From Chloroflexota bacterium (GTDB lineage: Bacteria > Chloroflexota > Dehalococcoidia > Lucifugimonadales > Lucifugimonadaceae): a stretch of DNA of 32,000 nt. A program made the position numbers and the translations under genes. Where the stretch lies: NCBI GenBank assembly GCA_018650185.1, contig JABIGL010000187.1, forward strand, positions 1,917 through 33,916, in the 5' to 3' direction. Below, one piece after another: positions 23,335 through 30,537 of the stretch (the stretch's first letter is position 1; each line of letters starts with the position of its first letter). The notes below the pieces were generated by a model that was given only the letters and a program-made list of their open reading frames with translations, was not told the DNA's origin and did no database searches.

Positions 23335-23775
23335 TTGGACCGCGAATTCGGTTTGGATATTGACGCCATCGTCGGACACATCGACAGTGCTCCGACGCTT
23401 TCGTTCTTCTTTCCTCGTCTGAGGCGATCCCTCGTCGTGGACATGAGGCAAGGGCCTGAGGATGGCCCGTTTATCAGGGTGCTTCCTATGGCACGCGGTC
23501 TGCATGAGCGGCTCCGCAGTATCAAACGCGCCCGGCCTCATCTCCCGAAAGCGACAGAGATCGTGGCGATCCCGTGGCCGATCTACGTGGAAAATATGGT
23601 TCGTTCCGGTGTCTGGGCACGTGTGATCCAGCGCATCGAGACCACGGGATCCGTGGACGCTGTTAGCGCAGCCGAAGCCGCGCTAACGGAACTGCGTGCG
23701 CTTGAGAGCCAGGAGTTGACCGCGCTCATCAAGGGCGGACAGTACGAGACGATCTGGGCACGGGAGTCCAGCTAA
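23335..23775 (+). CDS. Hypothetical protein (146 aa), no recognisable domain
   Basis: TTG-initiated ORF with host-like codon bias, same strand as etfBA, followed 33 nt later by a strong terminator. Confidence 0.55.
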   Translation: MDREFGLDIDAIVGHIDSAPTLSFFFPRLRRSLVVDMRQGPEDGPFIRVLPMARGLHERLRSIKRARPHLPKATEIVAIPWPIYVENMVRSGVWARVIQRIETTGSVDAVSAAEAALTELRALESQELTALIKGGQYETIWARESS

Positions 23776-23807
23776 GGTTTCGCTAGCCACAGCGATTGAT
23801 TAAGAAG

Positions 23808-23840
23808 AGGCCGGTCCTGATTGGGATCGGCCTTTTTGTT
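23808..23840 (+). terminator. Rho-independent terminator ending the etfBA-hypothetical transcription unit
   Basis: AGGCCGGTCC (23808-23817) pairs with GGATCGGCCT (23824-23833; one G-U) around a 6-nt loop. Followed by TTTTTGTTT. Confidence 0.75.
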
Positions 23841-23871
23841 TACTTCTGCCTGGTTATCGTCGTATACCTAA

Positions 23872-23907
23872 CCCCGCCCTTTGAGAACCTCAGGGTGGGT
23901 GCTTCGC
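23872..23907 (-). repeat. Family B repeat copy B4 (reverse orientation, variant core)
   Basis: CCCCGCCCTTTGAGAACCTCAGGGTGGGTGCTTCGC is nearly collinear with B2 at 7856-7890. Confidence 0.7.
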
Positions 23908-24008
23908 CTCAAAGATGGGTGAAGTAAGCAGATGGGTCAATGATCTGGTGCCACATAGATACTCGGAACCATTCAGGATTGTGACCGCTCCACCGATTGA
24001 ACGCAGTG

Positions 24009-25001
24009 CTAGCCCGCTCCTTCCCGTCTCTTAGTAGCCAGCGCGCTAATTGCCTCTAACACCACCCTGTGCGCCAGTTGAGCCGTTATGTCCGCCGAGT
24101 CATATGGCGGCGATACTTCGACCACGTCCATCGCTACCATGTGCACGTCTGAACCGGCAATTCGTCTCACCGCACGAAGTAGCTCGCGGGCGGACAGTCC
24201 CCCGGGTTCAGGTGTTCCGGTGCCGGGAGCGAACCCCGGATCCGCGACATCGATGTCCACGGACAGATACAGGTGTTCAGCGCCGTCAAGCGCCTGAGAT
24301 ATGGCCTCGGTGATTACCTCATCGAAGCCCCGTGATTCGATTTCCGACATCAGGTGCCAGCGCATCCCCTGCTCTTGCATCCAGTCGAAAGTATCTTTGG
24401 GCGGCCAGTAGCCACGTAGCCCGACCTGGACAAAGTTCTTCCCTGGCACAGCGCCAGACTCGATCAACCGCCGCATCGGGTTGCCGTGGGCGATCAGGAC
24501 ACCGCCATAACCCGACTCACCGGTATCGGCGTGTGCATCAAAGTGGAGGATGCCGACGTTGCCATGACCGTATTTATCGGCGACCGCGGTAGCGGACGGA
24601 AGCGTGATCGAGTGGTCGCCACCCAGCACCACCGGCAGAGTTCCTGCATCCAGGGCTTCAGCGACTTTGGATTTAACGGCGTCGTGGCTGAGCTGGAGGT
24701 CGGACGGTGGGCAGTTGGCGTCGCCAAAATCGACTACCTTCAGGAACTCGAGCGGATCGATATCCAACCCGAGGTGATAGAGCGTTCGGGACGCCGTGAA
24801 GTAGGACGCCTCACGAATGGCCCGCGGCCCAAATCGAGTGCCCGGCCGATACACGACACCCATGTCTACCGGCGCGCCCAGAATCGATATGTCCGCCTCA
24901 GAGGACTTCAGTTCTGCAGCGTCCCGCGCAAAAGGTAGATGGAGATACGTCGGCAACCCGACAAATGCTGGATGGGGATCGTCGCCGTGGAGGTTTGTCA
25001 T
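24009..25001 (-). CDS. Agmatinase / guanidino-acid ureohydrolase (arginase family)
   Basis: Mn-binding motifs GGDHSITLP, HFDAHADTG and SVDIDVADPGFAPGTGTPEPGGLS. Substrate (agmatine or guanidinobutyrate etc.) cannot be told from sequence alone. Confidence 0.85.
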   Translation of the reverse strand: MTNLHGDDPHPAFVGLPTYLHLPFARDAAELKSSEADISILGAPVDMGVVYRPGTRFGPRAIREASYFTASRTLYHLGLDIDPLEFLKVVDFGDANCPPSDLQLSHDAVKSKVAEALDAGTLPVVLGGDHSITLPSATAVADKYGHGNVGILHFDAHADTGESGYGGVLIAHGNPMRRLIESGAVPGKNFVQVGLRGYWPPKDTFDWMQEQGMRWHLMSEIESRGFDEVITEAISQALDGAEHLYLSVDIDVADPGFAPGTGTPEPGGLSARELLRAVRRIAGSDVHMVAMDVVEVSPPYDSADITAQLAHRVVLEAISALATKRREGAG

Positions 25002-25034
25002 GAGTGGTCCATATTCAGGAGTGATTCGGATATC

Positions 25035-25799
25035 TCAGGCGATGGTAATACCGCCATCAACAACATAGTGCCCTCCGGTTGCGAAACCAGCGTCGTCTGA
25101 GGCCAGGAACGCTATCCAGGGCGCTATGTCTTCTGGAGTTCCGAGGCGACCCAGCGGAGTGGCCGCCATCATGGCCTCTCGCCGCCCTTCAGGGTCCGGG
25201 TGCTCGTCCCAGTCCGGTGTACGTTCCAGAGAGCCAGGACATACAGCGTTGGACCGGATTCCTTTATCGCCGTAGTGAACCGCTATGTGCCTGTTCAAAC
25301 CCAGCAACCCGGTCTTGGCCGTCATGTAAGACACGTTCGCTGATCGGCCCTGTATCGCTGTAATTGAGCTGACTATTACGACCGCTCCGCCGGTTCCCTG
25401 CTTGATCATCTGGGCGATGCCGTGTTTGACGGTACGAAACACCCCTCGCAGGTTCACATCCTGGGTGCGCTCCCATTCCTCTTCTTCCATCTCGAACAGG
25501 TCAATGTCCGTGTTGTGCCGCTGAATCCCTGCGTTGGCTACGATTACGTCAAGCTTGCCGAACACTTCGACGGTACGCGCAACGGCGGACTTGACCTCGT
25601 CTTCTCTGGTCACATCGACCGGGATGGCGAGTGTTTTGCCTCCGCGTCCGGCGATCTCTGCGGCGACCTCCTCGACCCCGTCAACGGGAATCCCCGCCAG
25701 TGTCACAGACGCACCTTGCTCGGCCATGTAACGTGCGCTCGCCGCTCCGATACCACTACCGGCACCGGTTATAAGCACTACCTTCCCGTCGAGTTGCAT
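25035..25799 (-). CDS. SDR-family oxidoreductase (FabG-like)
   Basis: GKVVLITGAGSGIGAA (TGxxxGxG), NAGI and the Y/K catalytic region SYMTAKTG. ATG 25799 (MQLDGKVV...) has AGAGG 5 nt upstream. The ORF is open to GTG 25823. Confidence 0.85.
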   Translation of the reverse strand: MQLDGKVVLITGAGSGIGAASARYMAEQGASVTLAGIPVDGVEEVAAEIAGRGGKTLAIPVDVTREDEVKSAVARTVEVFGKLDVIVANAGIQRHNTDIDLFEMEEEEWERTQDVNLRGVFRTVKHGIAQMIKQGTGGAVVIVSSITAIQGRSANVSYMTAKTGLLGLNRHIAVHYGDKGIRSNAVCPGSLERTPDWDEHPDPEGRREAMMAATPLGRLGTPEDIAPWIAFLASDDAGFATGGHYVVDGGITIA

Positions 25800-25895
25800 T
25801 TGTCCCTCTGTCATGATCGTCACAAAGACGTTCCGTGTGAATCGAAAGACAGGATGCTAGACGGGGAGGCAGCGGCGCGCCAGTTTCTTACGTAC

Positions 25896-26759
25896 CTACT
25901 GAACCGGAATCGGGATCAGGTCTACTTCCGGGTCGGGGGTTCCTGTGCTCGGGCCACTCTCAATCGTCGAGGTTTCACTCCTGGTCGATTCAGTCTGGGT
26001 TAATCCATCTGTGACCGGGAATCCGCAATCTAACGCTACCTGCAGATACTCGGGTGACGGTTCGTAATCAGACGGGGCGATCTGGAACACTGTGCTGAAG
26101 TCCAACCCCAGGGATTGCGTTCCGTCATAAAGGCATTCAAGGTCCGATATCGTCATGGATGTACCGAACTGGCTTTCCGCATCTATCAAATCTCGCTCCT
26201 CTTCATTCAGACAGAACGAGACGGGGATTATTTCAGAGACCATCCCAACCGAGACCAATGCATAGTCTTCCAGCGTCGGCTCGCCCTCAATTTGTGAAAG
26301 CTGATCAGCGACAGCGGCGACTCTGCCATCGCCCAATTTAGTCGCTACACAGGCCGTGGTTTCTACACTCAGCTCACCGATCTCGTTAAACAACCCGCCC
26401 GCTATCACACGGGACCAGGTCTCCCCGGTGATGCACTTGAAGATGTCCAGGCTCTCATCGTTGAGTCGCTCATCTCCTGATCGGATGTCGGCATAGCGTT
26501 GGTCACCCCACAACTCTTCCAGGCACTTGCGTTCGGCCTCCGGAATGGCATCAAGGAACGCCTCCGGCTCGTTATCCATGTCTGCCGATATGGGGACAAG
26601 AGGTACGATATCGGAAGCGGCGGCGACAGCGGTCGCTGCACCTGCGTCGATGATCGAAGCGGGGTCAAAACCGGCGCCATCTTCGCTTCCACAGGCAACG
26701 GCGACGACCGCGACCGCAGCGAGAAATAGGAATAGATACTGACGACTACCGAGATTCAT
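25896..26759 (-). CDS. Acidic secreted lipoprotein of unknown function, six spaced cysteines
   Basis: Signal peptide and lipobox LFLFLAAVAVVAVAC|GSEDG. AGGAGG RBS 8 nt upstream. Asp/Glu-rich, with a Ser/Thr-rich C-terminal tail. Confidence 0.75.
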   Translation of the reverse strand: MNLGSRQYLFLFLAAVAVVAVACGSEDGAGFDPASIIDAGAATAVAAASDIVPLVPISADMDNEPEAFLDAIPEAERKCLEELWGDQRYADIRSGDERLNDESLDIFKCITGETWSRVIAGGLFNEIGELSVETTACVATKLGDGRVAAVADQLSQIEGEPTLEDYALVSVGMVSEIIPVSFCLNEEERDLIDAESQFGTSMTISDLECLYDGTQSLGLDFSTVFQIAPSDYEPSPEYLQVALDCGFPVTDGLTQTESTRSETSTIESGPSTGTPDPEVDLIPIPVQ

Positions 26760-26873
26760 TGTCTGGGCCTCCTGGGCCGATTGTTTTCAGGTGGTTATTC
26801 CGTATAGACGACAGCGGGTTGAAATTTGTTCCACGCGGTAATTGTCGGCACGACAGGTTCATTGCGAACATTC

Positions 26874-26896
26874 TCCTGAATCCGGTTCAGGATGAC
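26874..26896. repeat. Family F hairpin copy F2 (TCCTGAA-TCCGG-TTCAGGA TGAC)
   Basis: 7-bp stem with a 5-nt loop, sharing the CCTGAA...TTCAGGATGA sequence with F1 at 29350-29378. Confidence 0.5.
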
Positions 26897-26994
26897 ATGT
26901 TGGGATCAAGACGCATCCTGCAACAGGCCCGCCGTCTTCGTGAGACGGAAGTGTCTGGATACGCGAGGGGCGCGCTGATACCCTCCCCGCCACC

Positions 26995-28617
26995 ATGACT
27001 CAACCAATACACAACCCGGACCGCACGGCTGATGTCCTGATCATCGGCGCCGGTGCTTCCGGCGCTGCAGTCGCCGCATCACTCTCCGAAGCTGGATTCG
27101 ATGTGGTTTGCATCGAACAAGGCCACTGGCAGGACTCGTTTAAGTTCCCAACCACTGAGCCCGACTGGGAGTTGAGGTCGATGAGTTCGTGGTCGATCAA
27201 CCCCAACAAACGCAAACTCCCAGAGGACTACCCCATAAACGTCGAGAACTCCGCGGTCGATCCCGTGATGTTCAACGGAGTGGGCGGAAGCACGATCATG
27301 TGGGTGGCACATACTCCTCGCCTGCATCCATCCGATTTCCGGGTCAAATCACTGGACGGCGTCGCGGAAGACTGGCCGATTTCGTACGAGGACCTGGAGC
27401 CGTGGTACGACCTGAATGACCAGGTGATGGGGTGCGCAGGAATCGCCGGTGACCCGGCCAACCCACCTCGATCAGAACGCCCCATGCCGCCGGTGCCGAT
27501 CGGCAAAGACGGCGAGATGATCGCGGGTGCGTTCGATCGGCTCGGATGGCACTGGTGGCCGTCCGATAATTACGTCAACTCGACCCGCTACGGGGAAGGC
27601 CGGGACGCCTGCAACTTCTGCGGTCACAACATGATGGGCTGCTATCAGCGCGCCAAGGCGTCAACCGATCTCACGTACTGGCCGCGCGCCATCGCCCAGG
27701 GCGCCGAGCTCGTGACCGGAGCCCGTGTGAGGGAGATAACAACCGGAGCCGATGGCAGGGCCACGGGCGTGAACTACCTGGACTCCGAGGGCAACAATCG
27801 ACATCGTGCGGCAAGGGCTGTCGTGATGGCGGCGAACGGCGTGGGAACTCCCCGCTTGCTACTCCTATCCGACTCTGACAAGCACCCAAACGGCCTGGCT
27901 AATTCGTCAGGGCTGGTCGGGAAAAACTTGATGTTCCACGTATACGCCGGAGTCTCAGGAGTGTTCCCGGATCACGAGGAACCGTGGGTGGGTCCGGTGG
28001 CCAACATCATCCTTTCGCAAGAGTTTTATGAGACCGATCCCGACCGAGATTTTGTACGTGGTTATTCGTACCAGATGGCACGAGGACAGGGCCCGGGAGC
28101 AACAGCGCGAAGCGGCCCGAAACGCGTGTCCTGGGGGCAAAACCACCATGCAGAGCTGGGACGGCGGTTCGGTAATACCTTGAATCTTGGCGTTATTGGC
28201 GATGATCTGCCGGAAGAACACAACACCGTCACGCTCGACGACCGTTTGAAAGACAGCTCCGGACTCCCCGCCCCCAAGATTACGTACAGGGTCAGTGAAA
28301 ACTCCCGTGCCCTTCTGGACCACGCTCTCGTCCAGGGACAGGCGGTCATGGAGGAGGCGGGCGCATCAGAGGTCATGATTAATCAGTTGTCACGAGAGGC
28401 CGGATGGCACCTGATGGGTACGGCACGGATGGGCGACGACCCGGAGCGATCCGTGGTCAACGGGAACGGTCAATCTCACGATATCGACAACCTGTTTATT
28501 GTGGACGGAAGCGTTTTCGTCACCGGTGGCGCTGTGAACCCGACGCCTACGATCCAGGCTATCGCTCTTCGCACGGCCGACTACATCACGAATGAGCGGA
28601 AGGATTTGAAGGCCTGA
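26995..28617 (+). CDS. GMC-family FAD-dependent oxidoreductase (gluconate 2-dehydrogenase flavoprotein-like)
   Basis: N-terminal DVLIIGAGASGAAVAASLSEAGFDVVCIEQG (GxGxxG) and C-terminal GTARMGDDPERSVVNGNGQSHDIDNLFIVDGSVFVTGGAVNPTPTI, typical of GMC enzymes. Confidence 0.88.
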   Translation: MTQPIHNPDRTADVLIIGAGASGAAVAASLSEAGFDVVCIEQGHWQDSFKFPTTEPDWELRSMSSWSINPNKRKLPEDYPINVENSAVDPVMFNGVGGSTIMWVAHTPRLHPSDFRVKSLDGVAEDWPISYEDLEPWYDLNDQVMGCAGIAGDPANPPRSERPMPPVPIGKDGEMIAGAFDRLGWHWWPSDNYVNSTRYGEGRDACNFCGHNMMGCYQRAKASTDLTYWPRAIAQGAELVTGARVREITTGADGRATGVNYLDSEGNNRHRAARAVVMAANGVGTPRLLLLSDSDKHPNGLANSSGLVGKNLMFHVYAGVSGVFPDHEEPWVGPVANIILSQEFYETDPDRDFVRGYSYQMARGQGPGATARSGPKRVSWGQNHHAELGRRFGNTLNLGVIGDDLPEEHNTVTLDDRLKDSSGLPAPKITYRVSENSRALLDHALVQGQAVMEEAGASEVMINQLSREAGWHLMGTARMGDDPERSVVNGNGQSHDIDNLFIVDGSVFVTGGAVNPTPTIQAIALRTADYITNERKDLKA

Positions 28618-29045
28618 TGACGCTCAACTCCGATACGAGTCTTCTGTCCGCCGCCCTGGACCGCGTTATTCCACCGGTGGACGACCTGCCCGGAGCGGGT
28701 GGGATGGGCCTGGCGGGCGAGGTAGTCAAACGGTGCGAGGCGGACTCACGCTTTAACGCCGCGCTGACCACCGTGATTGGTGCGCTGCCATCTCCGAACG
28801 ACTTCACCGCACTGGACGACGAAGGACAGGACGGTGCGCTGCGCACGGTGGAGTCATCCGATCCAGACGCATTCGGATTGTGGCTGGACGTCGTTTACGC
28901 CATCTACTACATGCAGCCTGCCGTTCACCGGCGACTGAGCTGGCACGGTCGGACTCCACAGCCTGAAGGCAACGTTATGCCGCCATGGGACGAGTCCGTT
29001 CTGGAAGTGGCGCGTCAGCGCGAGCCGTTCTGGCGACAGGTGTAG
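28617..29045 (+). CDS. Gluconate 2-dehydrogenase subunit 3 family protein (small partner of the GMC enzyme), no Tat signal
   Basis: ALDRVIPPVDDLPGAGGMG resembles the family's N-terminal ...IIPxDD.PGA... motif. The ATG overlaps the GMC stop (TGATG). Confidence 0.6.
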   Translation: MTLNSDTSLLSAALDRVIPPVDDLPGAGGMGLAGEVVKRCEADSRFNAALTTVIGALPSPNDFTALDDEGQDGALRTVESSDPDAFGLWLDVVYAIYYMQPAVHRRLSWHGRTPQPEGNVMPPWDESVLEVARQREPFWRQV

Positions 29046-29120
29046 AGCGACAGGTCGTTGGAGCGGCAAGGTTCGTAATCGATGCCGTGTATCACCTATC
29101 TGTCATCCTGGGCATATTTG

Positions 29121-29152
29121 CCCATCCTGAGGCTCTCGAAGGACCGGGTCCC
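29121..29152 (+). repeat. Family B repeat copy B5
   Basis: CCCATCCTGAGGCTCTCGAAGGACCGGGTCCC, with the core at 29127-29141. Preceded by a TCATCCTG half-copy at 29103-29110. Confidence 0.75.
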
Positions 29153-29165
29153 TCGGTGAAAGCGC

Positions 29166-29220
29166 GTCTGTAGGGCCGATCAGCATCGGCCCTCGGGCGG
29201 ATAGTCATTCGCCCCTACGA
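29166..29220 (+). repeat. Family C repeat copy C2
   Basis: GTCTGTAGGGCCGATCAGCATCGGCCCTCGGGCGGATAGTCATTCGCCCCTACGA. Contains a perfect GGGCCGAT-CAGC-ATCGGCCC hairpin, and the 23-nt core at 29190-29212 is identical to C1. Confidence 0.85.
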
Positions 29221-29238
29221 TGTTGTCAGATGAAAGCG

Positions 29239-29284
29239 CCCCCTCTCCCGGTGGGAGAGGGCTGGGGTGAGGGAGGTTCAAGGT
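29239..29284 (+). repeat. Family A repeat copy A5 (hairpin plus G4 motif)
   Basis: CCCCCTCTCCC-GGT-GGGAGAGGG-CTGGGGTGAGGGAGGTTCAAGGT. The tail matches A1 (GTGAGGGAGGTCAAAGGT). Confidence 0.85.
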
Positions 29285-29349
29285 CTCGCGAGCTCGATGT
29301 CTGTTCTTTTGAGCGGCTGTCGCTCAGATCACGCATTTCTGGCCGTAAT

Positions 29350-29382
29350 GCTCATCCTGAACTTGTTTCAGGATGAGCTTTT
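29350..29382 (+). terminator. Family F hairpin copy F1: perfect 12-bp stem plus T4 (terminator-like)
   Basis: GCTCATCCTGAA (29350-29361) pairs perfectly with TTCAGGATGAGC (29367-29378) around the loop CTTGT. TTTT at 29379-29382. It lies about 300 nt from the nearest upstream + strand stop. Confidence 0.55.
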
Positions 29383-29496
29383 GGTGAATGGACCATGTTC
29401 CAGCAACGTGGCCCGGATCCCAGCGTCCACAAAACGCGTCAAACGCCAGCAACGCTCATCCAAGAATCACCCCAAAATAATCCACGCAACGCACGC

Positions 29497-30537
29497 TTAC
29501 GCGTCTCGGGCGCAGCGGAAACCCATGTTTCCTGTTGAACTGTCGGGCGTGTTACTCGTTCTTGCGCCGTTTCGATAGCGATTGCAGTACGAGGCGTGAC
29601 ACAGGTACGAGCCGCCCTTCATTACGCGTGACGCACCCGTTGGAGGGCCGATCGGGTTCTCGCGCGGGACGTCGGGGTGCTGATGGAAGGTCGGACTCCA
29701 GTTGTCCTGACACCACTCCCAGACGTTGCCGGAAACACAGTAAAGGCCGAATTCGTTTGGCTCGTACGAGGTGACGGGCGCCGTCCCTGCGAACCCATCC
29801 AGCATGCGGTTCTCTTCCGGAAACCTGCCCTGGAAGATGTTGCACATGTATTTGCCATCTGGGACAAGCTCGTCGCCCCACGGGTACATCTGTTGCGAGA
29901 CCCCGCCACGCGCTGCGAACTCCCACTCGGCCTCCGTCGGTAGCCGCTTACCGGCCCAGTTGCAGTACGCCTGCGCGTCGAGCCACGAAACTTGCGTCAC
30001 CGGGTGGTCCATGCGACCTTCCAGCGACGAGTCCGGCCCGTCCGGATGCAGCCAGTCTCCGAGGTCGACACGACGCCACCACTCGGACCCGGCGACAGCC
30101 TGCGTCACCGTCTTCGCCGTTTCTTCCGAGATGAAGTCGTGGAAAACGAAGGTCCATCCAAAACGCTCGGCCTCTGTCTCGAAGCCCGTTGCATCGATAA
30201 ATTCAGCAAACTGCGCATTCGTGACCGTTGTCGCATCCAGGTAAAAGGGATCGACGCCAACTTCACGCACCGGTCCTTCGCCGTCCAAAGGGAAGCCACG
30301 CGGGTAGTTGGTCCCCATGATGAACTGTCCGCCCGGAATTTTGATCATCGACTCGTCAAAAGCAGCCTTTGGTGCGTCCGCCGAGGGACCCGAGTCCATG
30401 GCAACACCCTCGGCGTCAACATCAGATCGACCCGGAGCCGTCAAGTTCTCTGTGTCCCGATCGGACTCATGCTCTGGAATCGCGTCGCGGGACGCCGCGC
30501 AACAGGCGCGGTCGTGGCCCATTTGATGTTCGCTCAT
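29497..30537 (-). CDS. Formylglycine-generating enzyme (aerobic FGE, SUMF1-type)
   Basis: RLPTEAEWEFAARGG, GNVWEWCQDNW and GGSYLCHASYCNRYRNGARTSNTPDSSTGNMGFRCA, with both catalytic Cys in the LCHxSYCxRYR block. The ATG overlaps the sulfatase stop (ATGA). Confidence 0.92.
   Translation of the reverse strand: MSEHQMGHDRACCAASRDAIPEHESDRDTENLTAPGRSDVDAEGVAMDSGPSADAPKAAFDESMIKIPGGQFIMGTNYPRGFPLDGEGPVREVGVDPFYLDATTVTNAQFAEFIDATGFETEAERFGWTFVFHDFISEETAKTVTQAVAGSEWWRRVDLGDWLHPDGPDSSLEGRMDHPVTQVSWLDAQAYCNWAGKRLPTEAEWEFAARGGVSQQMYPWGDELVPDGKYMCNIFQGRFPEENRMLDGFAGTAPVTSYEPNEFGLYCVSGNVWEWCQDNWSPTFHQHPDVPRENPIGPPTGASRVMKGGSYLCHASYCNRYRNGARTSNTPDSSTGNMGFRCARDA

Noticed and set aside
1053-29284. Could the recurring hairpin repeats be a CRISPR array or another regularly spaced array?
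   Set aside because: Copies are kilobases apart in separate intergenic spacers, belong to several unrelated families, occur in mixed orders and orientations, and have no constant repeat-spacer periodicity. No cas genes are present.
29497-30537. FGE-fold protein as the variable target of a diversity-generating retroelement (DGR).
   Set aside because: The protein has the complete catalytic FGE signature, including both active-site Cys, and is coupled to a sulfatase with a CxPxR motif. No reverse transcriptase or template repeat matching its C-terminus is visible in the window.
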